Shown here one piece after another: positions 1 through 11,412 of a stretch of 54,797 bases of DNA (its first letter is position 1; each line of letters opens with the position of its first letter). Position numbers and translations under genes: made by a program. The notes beneath the pieces are model-generated. The model did no database searches and was not told the DNA's origin. It saw only the letters and a list, made by a program, of their open reading frames with translations. This DNA is from Guillardia theta CCMP2712 (Eukaryota > Protista > Cryptophyta), in assembly GCF_000315625.1 (NCBI RefSeq), contig NW_005434533.1:37900-92696 (forward strand), written 5' to 3'.

Positions 1-305
1 TGATGTTCAAAAGGACTGACCAGTATGATCTGCAATTGCAGATCCCAGGAAGAAAGGAGCGGCAGACCTTCAGATTGATTCAAACAACCTCCGGTGACCG
101 GCACTTTCCTCGCACCTCCCTTCCTTCTTATCCTCAGCTCAGGACCAATCACCATCACCATAGCGCGAGCAACTCTCCGCTGGTGCAAGAGAACTTTGCG
201 TACAGGAAGAGGAAAGTGAGGAGGGCAGAGATCGAGGAGGTGCTGAAAAATGGAGCAGGGAGTTGGAAGAGACAAAGAAGCAGCTCGAGGAGTCTCGAGC
301 GAGGG
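1..305 (+). CDS. Possible exons of a hypothetical gene entering from the left edge
   Basis: Coding-like stretches bounded by GT donors (~93, ~306) and an AG acceptor (~142). No recognisable motif. Confidence 0.25.
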
Positions 306-326
306 TGAGTGGTGATTGAACATGAC

Positions 327-398
<72 letters not shown>

Positions 399-458
399 AT
401 GATGATGATGATGGAGATGATGATGGTGGAGGAGGAGGAGGAGGAGGAGGAGGAGGAG
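327..458. repeat. (ATG)n microsatellite followed by (GGA)n
   Basis: Directly visible; produces the spurious poly-M/poly-S/poly-I ORFs. Confidence 0.95.
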
Positions 459-739
459 CGGACAAAGGGAACTCGACAGGAAGGATTTGGGTGCCTGGAC
501 TCATGGTGGTGGGGTACAAATGAGGGGGTTGGATATGTGAATGTGTTTGGCAAGACCCTATCTGGGACACTATCACAATTTTCTTATAGATAAGTATATA
601 AAAACTGAGACCTCTATGGGCTAAGAAGCTTCAACCTGCAATTGTAGCAGCATGAAGGGGTATATGACAGCATTGTTGATTTTGAAAGGGGTAGGGGTTG
701 TTGGGTTACAGAATGTGAGTGACGTCGGGGATGGAGAAG

Positions 740-1122
740 AGAGAAAATGGAGAGGAGAGACAAGGGGAGGAGACGGGAGACAAGGGGAGGAGACAAGAGG
801 AGGAGACGAGAAACAAGGGGAGGAGACGGGAGACGAGGGGAAGAGAGGAGAGACGAGGGGAGGAGATGAGACGAGGAGACGAGAAACAAGAGGAGACGGG
901 AGACAAGGGGAGAGGAGACGGGAGACAAGGGGAGAGGAGAGACAAGGGAAAGAGGAGACGAGAAACAAGAGGAGACGAGAAACAAGGGGAGGAGAGGAGA
1001 GAGGAGAGGATACGAGAGACAAGGGGAGGAGAGGAGAGACAAGGGAAGGAGAGGAGAGACAAGCGAAGGAGGAGAGAGGAGAGAGAAGAGGAGGAGAGGA
1101 GAGGAGAGGAGAGGAAAGAGGA
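740..1122. repeat. Degenerate purine-rich minisatellite (GAGGAGAC/GAGACAAGGGG units)
   Basis: Repeated gaggagacg(g/a)ga(g/a)acaag(g/a)gga units with almost no T on the + strand. Confidence 0.85.
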
Positions 1123-1280
1123 GCTGTTAATACGATAGACGAGGATATTGACATGAATTGCTCGCCCAGTTTGTTGCCATGGATAGTCTGACTCTTCTTC
1201 TTCCTCTTGTTCCAGCATCGCTCCTCACGGCCTCCCTCCCGCCTCCCTGATCGCGGCCGCTCGACCTGCCGGCAGTCGTC

Positions 1281-2218
1281 ATGGTGCGAGCTGATCCAGA
1301 TCCTGTCGAGCGAGTGCGATGGACGAGCACGCGACGGCATGTGGCCGGGGGAGTGGAGGACGACGATGATGACAGGGAGTCAATGCTGAGAGGAGGCGTG
1401 CGGCTGGTGCCCGCGGAGGATTACGCTCCCCTTGCGCTCGACGATCCATGGTGGGTGAAGCTGCTGGGATTCAAGAGCCCAAGGAAAGCTGTCATGTTCG
1501 CCGCCTTCGTCATCGGCATGGGACTCTACTTCATCATCGCTGGAACCGTAAGGACACGCTCCTTCCTTCCTACATCCCTGAACTTGACCTCCTCTTCCTC
1601 CCTCCTCCCACCTCCTCCTCCATCTCATCCTCTTCTTGTTCCCCTATTCTTCTTCTTTCTCCTTGTCCTCCTCGTCCTTGCTCGCATTGACTTCTCACAT
1701 CTCGTCTTGCCTTCAGGTACAGGAACGATTGACTCGCGCCGTTCAGGTTGCTCAAAGTCTGGACATGATGGACACGTCTACTAACAGGTAGGAGGGAGAG
1801 GCGCGGGAGCAACAGCAGAAGAAGAGAAGGAGGAATAGAAACAAGAAGTGAAACTGAGAGACGAGGAGGGAAGGAGGGGGGGTAAGGGAAGAAGCCCGGG
1901 GTAAGGATGGGGGGGCAGGGGGGGGAGGCTGGAGTGAACTCACGTGATGGTGTTGGTGGCAGTCTAGAGAACTGGCTCGACATGCTTAGAGTCTCTCACT
2001 TCCGCAAGCCCCAGGGCGCGGGCGTGCAGTACGTCGACAAGCAGCTCGCACTCAAGTGCGCGGCAGAAGGATGGTCGGAGGCATGCACCCGCAAAGTGTT
2101 CGCCGAGCAGCAGATGCGGAGGAGAATGGCAGGAGGAGAAATGAGAGGGGGAGAGGGAGGGGGAGGAAGAGGAATGAGAGGGGGGGGGGAGGGGGAGGAG
2201 GAGGCGGGGGCGGACTAG
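1281..2218 (+). CDS. Hypothetical single-pass membrane protein, at least 3 exons
   Basis: In-phase splicing gives MVRADPD...AVMFAAFVIGMGLYFIIAGT | VQERLTRAVQVAQSLDMMDTSTN | SLENWLDMLRVSHFRK..., with one hydrophobic segment. The 3' end is uncertain and may continue into the next feature. Confidence 0.45.
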
Positions 2219-2271
2219 GACCACAGGTGTCGGAGACGATAACATATGTAGGAGGTAGAGGAAGGAGTGCA

Positions 2272-3258
2272 GGCCGCGGCGTTTTCTCAGACGAAGTTCG
2301 TCTTCCTGTTGGCATAGCGCTGCAGTTTCATCAAGCTGTTGCTCAGATGGAGGTAATGCCACCATCCTCCTCATCTTCCTTCTTCTCCCACTAGTCGTTC
2401 TCAACCTTCTCTTAATCCTGCTCATCTTCAAATTTATGCTCGTACTCCTCTTTACGTTCATACTCAATTCTCCTCCTCTTTACCTTCTTACTCATTCTCC
2501 TCCTCTTTACCTTCTTACTCATTCTCCTCCTCTTTACCTTCTTACTCATTCTCCTCCTCTTTGTCCTGCTTCTCCTCCTCCCTCTTCCCCTCCTTCTCTC
2601 GAACTTTATCATTTCCCGCATCGTGCACTTTGCTTCATCCCCTCCCATTTCTTGCTGCCTCCTCCCTCCGAATGACCCACCGCCTTCCTCTCCTTCTCTT
2701 CTCCTGACCCGCCTCGCACCCGGCAGGCGAAGGAGTGCGCATCAGGGGACATTTTTCATTATGTGTGTTACACAACATCTCGAAGACACCAGAAGAAGTT
2801 CAAAGACATGAAGAAATCGCTCAACTCCCTCATCCTCGATGTGTCCCGCGACCCTGGCGGCTCAAGCTTGCCAGGAAGTCGCAAGCAGATGCTCCTATCT
2901 TTGCTCGCTCAGGTCTGACCTGTCGTGTCTCCTCCTCTCTTCCTTGTTCCTCCTTCCAACCTCCTTCTCTCCCCTCACTTTTCCTTCCCCCTTCTCATCC
3001 TGCCATCTCTCTCTCTCTCCACACACAACGTTGTCTCTAAACGTTGCTCAGGCACTCAAGTATGGCGTCACCACTGAAATTGCTCGAAATGACCTCGACG
3101 TCAACACGGTCAGACCTGCTTTCCCTCCTTCTCCTTCTCCTTCCCCTGCCCCTTCTCCTCCCCTTCCCCCTCCTCTCGCCCGTCCGCCTTCTCCTCGCTT
3201 CCGCTTTCTCCTTCTCCTCCTCCTCCTCCTCATTATCATAGACTACACCAGCTTTTTT

Positions 3259-3309
<51 letters not shown>

Positions 3310-3478
3310 CTCCTTCGTTCCTTCTTCCCCTACTTACAACCGGCAGGCATCGATTCTTCAGGACACGCTGATTGGCATTCGAGAGAAGGAGAAGCAGCAC
3401 AGCGAGTACAACGATATCATGCTCTTCCCTGGCACCTCGCGCCTCCTCTACCGGGGCTCCTTCCTGGGCCTCAGGTGA
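2272..3478 (+). CDS. Hypothetical exons (possibly the 3' part of the preceding gene)
   Basis: GT-AG-bounded coding-like islands read ...IALQFHQAVAQME | AKECASGDIFHYVCYTTSRRHQKKFKDMKK...LLAQ | ALKYGVTTEIARNDLDVNT | ASILQDTLIGIREKEK...LGLR*. Confidence 0.35.
2461..2562. repeat. ~30-bp tandem repeat (3+ copies), intronic
   Basis: The unit actcattctcctcctctttaccttctt is repeated in tandem. Confidence 0.85.
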
Positions 3479-3953
3479 ACTTGGAGAGCGGCAGGTCGCT
3501 GGATGACGAGAGGGCAGGTTTGAAGGACAGGGCGAGATGTACTACCGCAAGGGAGATCAGGTGGCGTACAAGGGAAGTTGGAGACGAGGTGGGCGGGGAG
3601 AGAGAAGAGGAGAGGGGGGGAAGGAGAGGAGAGGAGAGGGGGGAGGGATGAGAAGCGAGGAGAAGGTCGTGACTGAAGAGGAGAGGAGAGGGGAGTACGT
3701 GACCGAGGAGTGAAGGGCGGGAGTGAAAGCTGTGAGAAGGAATTGCAGACAGCTTAAGAGGATAGAGCGGCAAGGAGGGGACTCTGGTCGTGACAGTGAG
3801 CAGGGAGGATGCACGGTTACGGGACCCTCTACGGCAGCGAAGGAGGGGAGCTTTGGAGCGGATACTTCGAGGAGGGGAGGCCGATGAGACCATGGTGGGT
3901 GGTCTGAGAGCAGCAAACAGCAAACTTTACTTGTCTTATTGTTACATATCAAA

Positions 3954-5954
3954 TCAAACGTCTACACGCGGATCCACGTACTTGGTCGCTTCGTAGAGAT
4001 AGTCCTGCTCGCCGCGGATCGGGCAGCCGATGTTGGTCAGCATGTCGTACGAACCGGCGTTGTAGCCCTTGAGCGTGAAGGGGCCGAGGTAGCCGATGAA
4101 TCCTGGCAGGGAGCCTCCACCAACGCTGATGGAGAGGTAGGAGCGACCGTCACCGACGAGGTTGTTGAGCCAGCTGACGCCCTCGATCATCTGGCCCTTG
4201 GGCGCGCGGAAGATTGAGGTAGAGATGACATCCTTGCTGCTGCTGCTGCTGAGGTCACTGAGCCAGACGTAGTTGTACGCATGACCGTCGCCATCGGCGA
4301 TGAAGAGGGTGTTGTGGTAGGAGGCGAAGTGAATGTAGCTGGGTCGAGCAGGCAAGCTGGGCTCACACCGTGTGTTGTCTGAGACCAAGGGAAGTCCATT
4401 GACCACGTCCACCTTGTAGGTGGTGAGACCGTAGGATGTGATGGGAGACTTCTTCGCCTTCGCTGCTTCATCGTCGGTGCATGCCTTGCTCACCTTGATA
4501 TGGCAAGCATCGACCGCTCCGACAGAGAACATGTACACCGAGCCGCACGGACGCACCACCGAAGCCCCACCAAGCGATTTCTGCATGTCCGTAGAGACCT
4601 CTGAGAAAGACACGAAGAACTTCTTCAGCCCGAGCTCCTTGCCCGTCGCCCCCTTGTCGTCCATGTTGTAGGCAAGTCCAGTCACAGACAGCGTGGTGGT
4701 GGCTCCGTTGACCATGGCGCAGTCCCTGGGGAAGAGGAAGCAGGCGAACTTCTCCTTCCCGCTCTTCATCTTGTAGCACTTGTCGGTGAAGGAGGAGACC
4801 TTGGAGTAGCCAGTGGGGCAGGTCTTGGAGGTGGCGGTGGGATCCACAAAGTCAGCGCCCTCCCAGTAGTCATTGAAGTAGATGTTCTTTGACGAACTGA
4901 TCTCCTTCGCCATATCGCTCTCGTTCATCGCATTGAGCTTGATCCAGGTGACCTTCTCCTTCGACAGCTGGGCTGCATACAGGGTGCCGTTCCTCAAGTC
5001 CTTGGCAATCTTGGACACAAACATGTAGAGCACGTGCCCGTCGCTGAGGTAGACAGTCTTCTTGTCAGGCATGGCAAAGGTGGAGGTAGCCTGGATGCGT
5101 CCGAGGGCGTAGCGCTTGAGGACAGAGGCGCTGAAGTCGATCTCGACGCGGCTCTCAGTCACCCACCCGTAGCTGAACTCATTGAAGCCCTTGGTTCCCA
5201 GGAAGGTTTGCATCTGCAGCGCCTTGGGAACCTGCTCGCCTCCGATGGCGGTGCACCAGGGAGTCAAGCTTCCTCCGGACGGCTGGAACAATCCAGCACC
5301 GTTGTAGAAGGGATTCGTCTGCATCCAGTAGATGGAGTCGGTGACGACTTTCGCACTCCAGGCAGAAACAGCCTTCTTCTTGCTATCGTAGGCGGGAAAC
5401 TTAAGCTCAACCATCTGAATGTCGCCCGCACTTTCGGGATCATTGACATACACGATAGCAAAGACTCGCATGCCAGTGCTGGAGATGAAGGGGATGGTCG
5501 CAGTATAGCCAACGTTGTTGCTGAAGTAAGTATCCGATCCGCTGGCATTCACGACGCAGGTTCTGTCCTTGTTTGAGCACGTTCCCATAATCTTGTCTCG
5601 AAGCACATCGTTGACTTGGCCAAACAAGATCTTGGAATTGGTGGAAGTCGCCGTCTTGTTGCAATAGTAGAATGCGCCTGCAGTGTCCTTGTACGACGTC
5701 AGTCCGCATCCAGTCTTGATCGGCACATTGAAAACGATCGGCTCCAGACCGTTGTCATCGTCGTCGTTGGAGAAGGAACCGTCACTGTATCCAAAGTTGC
5801 ACTTGCTGGTAGCAGCATACTTGGCTGCATCGGCAGCTGCTGGGTCTGAGACTGCAGTGCAATTGAGCGATGTAAGCCAGCAGGTTGTGCACTTGCGAGC
5901 GTCGACCCCAGCGAGGGCTGCCGCAACCACGAGCAAGGGCACCGCAAAGCGCAT
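3954..5954 (-). CDS. Secreted Cys-rich PhoX (DUF839)-like protein, copy A; catalytic motifs degenerate
   Basis: Intronless 666-aa ORF with signal peptide MRFAVPLLVVAAALAGVDA. PhoX-like motif order: GGSLTPW, YGWVTE, KRYALGR, MPDKKTVYLSD, LYMFVS..DLRNGTLYAA, A...GAT, CGSVY, GFIGYLGPF. Confidence 0.8.
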   Translation of the reverse strand: MRFAVPLLVVAAALAGVDARKCTTCWLTSLNCTAVSDPAAADAAKYAATSKCNFGYSDGSFSNDDDDNGLEPIVFNVPIKTGCGLTSYKDTAGAFYYCNKTATSTNSKILFGQVNDVLRDKIMGTCSNKDRTCVVNASGSDTYFSNNVGYTATIPFISSTGMRVFAIVYVNDPESAGDIQMVELKFPAYDSKKKAVSAWSAKVVTDSIYWMQTNPFYNGAGLFQPSGGSLTPWCTAIGGEQVPKALQMQTFLGTKGFNEFSYGWVTESRVEIDFSASVLKRYALGRIQATSTFAMPDKKTVYLSDGHVLYMFVSKIAKDLRNGTLYAAQLSKEKVTWIKLNAMNESDMAKEISSSKNIYFNDYWEGADFVDPTATSKTCPTGYSKVSSFTDKCYKMKSGKEKFACFLFPRDCAMVNGATTTLSVTGLAYNMDDKGATGKELGLKKFFVSFSEVSTDMQKSLGGASVVRPCGSVYMFSVGAVDACHIKVSKACTDDEAAKAKKSPITSYGLTTYKVDVVNGLPLVSDNTRCEPSLPARPSYIHFASYHNTLFIADGDGHAYNYVWLSDLSSSSSKDVISTSIFRAPKGQMIEGVSWLNNLVGDGRSYLSISVGGGSLPGFIGYLGPFTLKGYNAGSYDMLTNIGCPIRGEQDYLYEATKYVDPRVDV

Positions 5955-6094
5955 TTTCGGGGGAAGGAAAGACAGCAGGAGGGTGGGGAGGAGGAGGAAG
6001 AACAGTGAGAGGAGACTGCTACCTGCCGAGACGGGAGAAACGGAGAGGAGCAGGCGCTAGTGAAGGAGAGGAGGGAATGCCCGGGGGCGGGGGG

Positions 6095-6780
6095 ATGTAG
6101 AACCTGATTCCGATGACCCCAAGGGGGGTACTCAAGTCAGGAGAAGGTGGGTCCCCAAAGGAGTATCCGGGGGTGGGTGGTCATCGAAGTTTTTTTTTCT
6201 TGATTTTTTTATGAACCGACGTAGATCTACGTCTCTACAGGGTCTTTGTGAATGACCACCCCTACCCCCGGGATCACAGGTAACCCCCACCCCCTCCAGA
6301 CACCTGAGTGTGCCTCGAAGGTCATTGAGACTCGGGCAATGTGGACCCCACCCCCGAGACTCAACGGCTCAAGCAGTGACCCCTGCAACCCTACCCACCC
6401 ACCCTGTGCTGTACTACGTCTCTCCGATTGAGTGAGCCCTAACGGGGGTGCATGGGTAACGTGGGGTACATTAATAATTTGTGAGGGGTAGTTTGATATC
6501 ACACAAAGATGGCGCGTCCATTCTTTTTTTCTTTTCGTCATTACGATCTACTGTTGTAGTCATCGCATACGACCAAGTCGCCCACTTCCCCTCTATGTCC
6601 TCGCCAACTGCTTTTGGGTCAGGGGGTCTTGAGCCCCCTACGCCTCTTCGAAGTGAGTTTGGTTGACTTGGGGGTGGTAGAAGGTGGCAGGGAGGGGGGT
6701 GGGCAGGGTTGGAGGGGTCAAGGAGGGGTAGGGTAAGGGAGGGGGTGGGGTTGGGAGAATGACTGGATGTAGCTGAGCCC
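6095..6780. promoter_or_regulatory. Divergent promoter spacer rich in GGGGTA/TACCCC-like motifs
   Basis: Lies between two head-to-head start codons (5954 and 6917) and carries recurrent ggggta/tacccc words. Regulatory role is inferred from position. Confidence 0.5.
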
Positions 6781-6916
6781 CTTGTGATTGTGGACCTGGA
6801 TCTCCCCTTCCTGTTTCTCTTCTGCTCCGTCCTCCTCCTGACCCCCTTCCTGCTCCTCCTCCTCACCTTCCCCTCAGCTTGTTCCAACCTCTGCTCTCCT
6901 AGACCCTCCTTTCAGC

Positions 6917-8917
6917 ATGAAGGCCTGCATCGCAGCTTTCCTCCTCCTGGCGGCGGCGTCAGTCAATGCGCGCAAGTGCACAAGTTGCTGGTTGACCTCG
7001 CTCCAGTGTAGCCCTGTCGCTCCCCTGAGCAGCTCGGATGACACGACCAAGTGGGCAGCGACATCTTCCTGCACCTACGGATACAGTGATGGAACTTACG
7101 CAGTGCTGTCAGACCATGATAGTGGGTTAGAGCCTCTGGTTTTCACTGCTGCCATCTACAGTGGGTGTGGCAAGAAGTCGTACCTGGACCCGAAAGGCCC
7201 CCAGGGTTACTGTAACAAGACTGCTATCACTGGAAAGACGGACTCCAAGATCCTCTTCGGTCAAATCAACACTCTAGATGCAGCTACGATCAAAGCTGTC
7301 TGCACAAACTCGGGATACTGTACCACCGATCCAGCTGGAACTGCCGTGTATTTCAGCAACCATGTTGGCTATACTGCGACCATCCCCTTCATCTCCAGCA
7401 CTGGCATGCGAGTCTTTGCTATCGTGTATGTCAATGATCCCGAAACAGCCGGCGACATTCAGATGGTGGAGCTGAAGTTTCCGGCACTTGACAGCAAGAC
7501 CAAGAATGTTTCTACTTGGAAGCCGGTTGTTGTCACCGACTCCGTCTACTCCACGAACACCAGGGGAGTATTCCAGCCATCCGGAGGAAGCTTGACTCCC
7601 TGGTGCACCGCCATCGGAGGCGAGAAGGCTCCCGACGCTAACTCCAACACCATCAAACAATACTTCACGACAAAGTCTCCCCTTCCCACTTCCCTTAACT
7701 ACGGGTGGGTGACTGAGAGCCGCGTCGAGATCGACTTCAGCGCCTCTGTCCTCAAGCGCTACGCCCTTGGACGCATCCAGGCTACCTCCACCTTCGCCAT
7801 GCCTGACAAGAAGACCGTCTACCTCAGCGACGGGCACGTGCTCTACATGTTTGTGTCCAAGATTGCCAAGGACTTGAGGAACGGCACCCTGTATGCAGCC
7901 CAGCTGTCGAAGGAGAAGGTCACCTGGATCAAGCTCAACTCTGCGAATGAGAGCGATTTGGCTGTGGAGAGCAAGAAGACAACTACCTGGACAGACTACT
8001 GGGACGGCGCTGACTTTGTGGATCCCACCGCCACCTCCAAGACCTGCCCCACTGGCTACTCCAAGGTCTCCTCCTTCACCGACAAGTGCTACAAGATGAA
8101 GAGCGGGAAGGAGAAGTTCGCCTGCTTCCTCTTCCCCAGGGACTGCGCCATGGTCAACGGAGCCACCACCACGCTGTCTGTGACTGGACTTGCCTACAAC
8201 ATGGACGACAAGGGGGCGACGGGCAAGGAGCTCGGGCTGAAGAAGTTCTTCGTGTCTTTCTCGGAGGTCTCTACGGGCATGCAGCAATCGCTCGGTGGGG
8301 CTTCGGTGGTGCGTCCGTGCGGCTCGGTGTACATGTTCTCTGTCGGAGCGGTCGATGCTTGCCATATCAAGGTGAGCAAGGCATGCACCGACGATGAAGC
8401 AGCGAAGGCGAAGAAGTCTCCCATCACATCCTACGGTCTCACCACCTACAAGGTGGACGTGGTCAATGGACTTCCCTTGGTTTCAGACAACACACGGTGT
8501 GAGCCCAGCTTGCCTGCTCGACCCAGCTACATTCACTTCGCCTCCTACCACAACACCCTCTTCATCGCCGATGGCAGCGGGCATGACAGCAATCATGTCT
8601 GGCTGCTCGACTTCAGTGGGCAAGGAAGGCCTTTTATGCCTTCCTCAATCTTCCGCGCGCCCAAGGGCCAGATGATCGAGGGCGTCAGCTGGCTCAACAA
8701 CCTCGTCGGTGACGGTCGCTCCTACCTCTCCATCAGCGTTGGCGGAGGAACAGTTCAGAAAGGCTTTATTGGATACCTCGGCCCCTTCACGCTCAAGGGC
8801 TACAACGCCGGTTCGTACGACATGCTGACCAACATCGGCTGCCCGATCCGCGGCGAGCAGGACTATCTCTACGAAGCGACCAAGTACGTGGATCCTCTGG
8901 TGAAGCCTGCAGCTTAA
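6917..8917 (+). CDS. Secreted Cys-rich PhoX (DUF839)-like protein, copy B; catalytic motifs degenerate
   Basis: Intronless 666-aa ORF with signal peptide MKACIAAFLLLAAASVNA. Same motifs as copy A and long near-identical DNA blocks shared with it. Confidence 0.8.
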   Translation: MKACIAAFLLLAAASVNARKCTSCWLTSLQCSPVAPLSSSDDTTKWAATSSCTYGYSDGTYAVLSDHDSGLEPLVFTAAIYSGCGKKSYLDPKGPQGYCNKTAITGKTDSKILFGQINTLDAATIKAVCTNSGYCTTDPAGTAVYFSNHVGYTATIPFISSTGMRVFAIVYVNDPETAGDIQMVELKFPALDSKTKNVSTWKPVVVTDSVYSTNTRGVFQPSGGSLTPWCTAIGGEKAPDANSNTIKQYFTTKSPLPTSLNYGWVTESRVEIDFSASVLKRYALGRIQATSTFAMPDKKTVYLSDGHVLYMFVSKIAKDLRNGTLYAAQLSKEKVTWIKLNSANESDLAVESKKTTTWTDYWDGADFVDPTATSKTCPTGYSKVSSFTDKCYKMKSGKEKFACFLFPRDCAMVNGATTTLSVTGLAYNMDDKGATGKELGLKKFFVSFSEVSTGMQQSLGGASVVRPCGSVYMFSVGAVDACHIKVSKACTDDEAAKAKKSPITSYGLTTYKVDVVNGLPLVSDNTRCEPSLPARPSYIHFASYHNTLFIADGSGHDSNHVWLLDFSGQGRPFMPSSIFRAPKGQMIEGVSWLNNLVGDGRSYLSISVGGGTVQKGFIGYLGPFTLKGYNAGSYDMLTNIGCPIRGEQDYLYEATKYVDPLVKPAA

Positions 8918-8999
8918 GTACTAAAAACTTGAGAGGGTGTGTTATAACTTTTGATTAAAGAAACTTGTGTTTGATGCCGCCTTTGCCTGCGAGCAGCCG

Positions 9000-9990
9000 A
9001 GCAGCACTGAGTAAAGCCTTTCACTCAAAATTAAGTTACTGAGTCTAACCGTCGGAGTCTGAGTCAGTATCGCTGGGCGTGACTAGGCTGATGCTTTTGG
9101 GGACAGCCTCACAGCGGCAAGTCACTGGGTGCGGATAACCGCCGTTGGTTCTCGCTGTCTTGTCTCTTCTCGCCGTGTGGTGGCCTGCAGAGTCATTGCC
9201 TCCTCAGTGATCTGGCCCAGTACGGTCACTGTGGCGGCAGCGCAGGCTGAGGGACCGGTCCCCGGGCCCGCCGGGCTCGGTGCGGCGGCGAGGCTTGCCA
9301 ATAGGTTTACCATTTGTGGGGGTGGTAGCAGTACAGAAGGGGTGAGGAGGGGGTCAGTAGCTTGTGTACCCGTGGTAAGCTATCAAATTCTTATATCGTA
9401 ATATTGGTAGGGTACCATCCTGTTCAACGAACTCATGGGTGGGGGTACTCTAAGAAAAGGTCGACAGGGGGTAGGGATGTTTTGCATCCTGTCTCGGCGA
9501 AATATGCTACAAGGGGGTTATTGTTGAGAGAAAGAGGGGGGTAGGGGTATGATATGGTAAGAATGGGTAGGGAACCACATGAGGGGGGTAGGGTATTCTT
9601 GCTGGGGTAAGGTAGTCAAAATCAGACAAGGGGGTCTACTATGTAGTGAAGTATGGGTAGGTTGTGTCTAGGGATAGCAGGGGGTAGATTTCACTGATAG
9701 TGAGGGGTGGTGATGATAAATTCGACCTCAGGTGGGGCCCTAAGAACGTAGGGTGGTATGCTGTTGATGCAGGGGTAGTTTGTGAGGAGGGGGGGGGGTA
9801 CGGGTAACAGAATTGGGGGTAGGGGGTAGTACTATCGGTCGGGTACAGGAGGACCAGGGTTTGACGGGGGTAGTGTCCTTAGGGGGTCAGAGTCAATCCC
9901 TGCAGATAGGGGGTCGTTTGAATATAAATAAGGGGGTAGGGGTGGAATTCCACAAAGGAAAGACGATCATAGGGGTAGGGTGCGGACTAG
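9000..9990. other. Intergenic composite: GC-rich CCGG/CAGT tract (~9000-9300) plus G-skewed GGGGTA tract (~9310-9990)
   Basis: Abrupt compositional switch. The same two sequence types recur elsewhere in the window. Confidence 0.6.
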
Positions 9991-10004
9991 TGGCGGGAGG
10001 CAAG

Positions 10005-11271
<1,267 letters not shown>

Positions 11272-11412
11272 CAGAGACGTGGAGGCGAAAGACGGACAGA
11301 CGAATGTGTCTTCGACGACAAAACTCTTTTCATTCAAGACAAGTCTAGATCAATAATTAACGGCAGGCAAACTTCACATCGCTCCCACTCTCCGCCTCTC
11401 TCTATCCCTCGC

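Noticed and set aside
139-1340. Long ORFs of poly-M/S/I/E or ETRGG-type repeats
   Set aside because: Translations of microsatellite and minisatellite DNA that lack stops; no coding signature.
5034-8365. Long antisense ORFs over the PhoX-like genes (also over trpD, SLC35, Aha1 and the S9 peptidase)
   Set aside because: Expected shadows of high-GC3 coding sequence.
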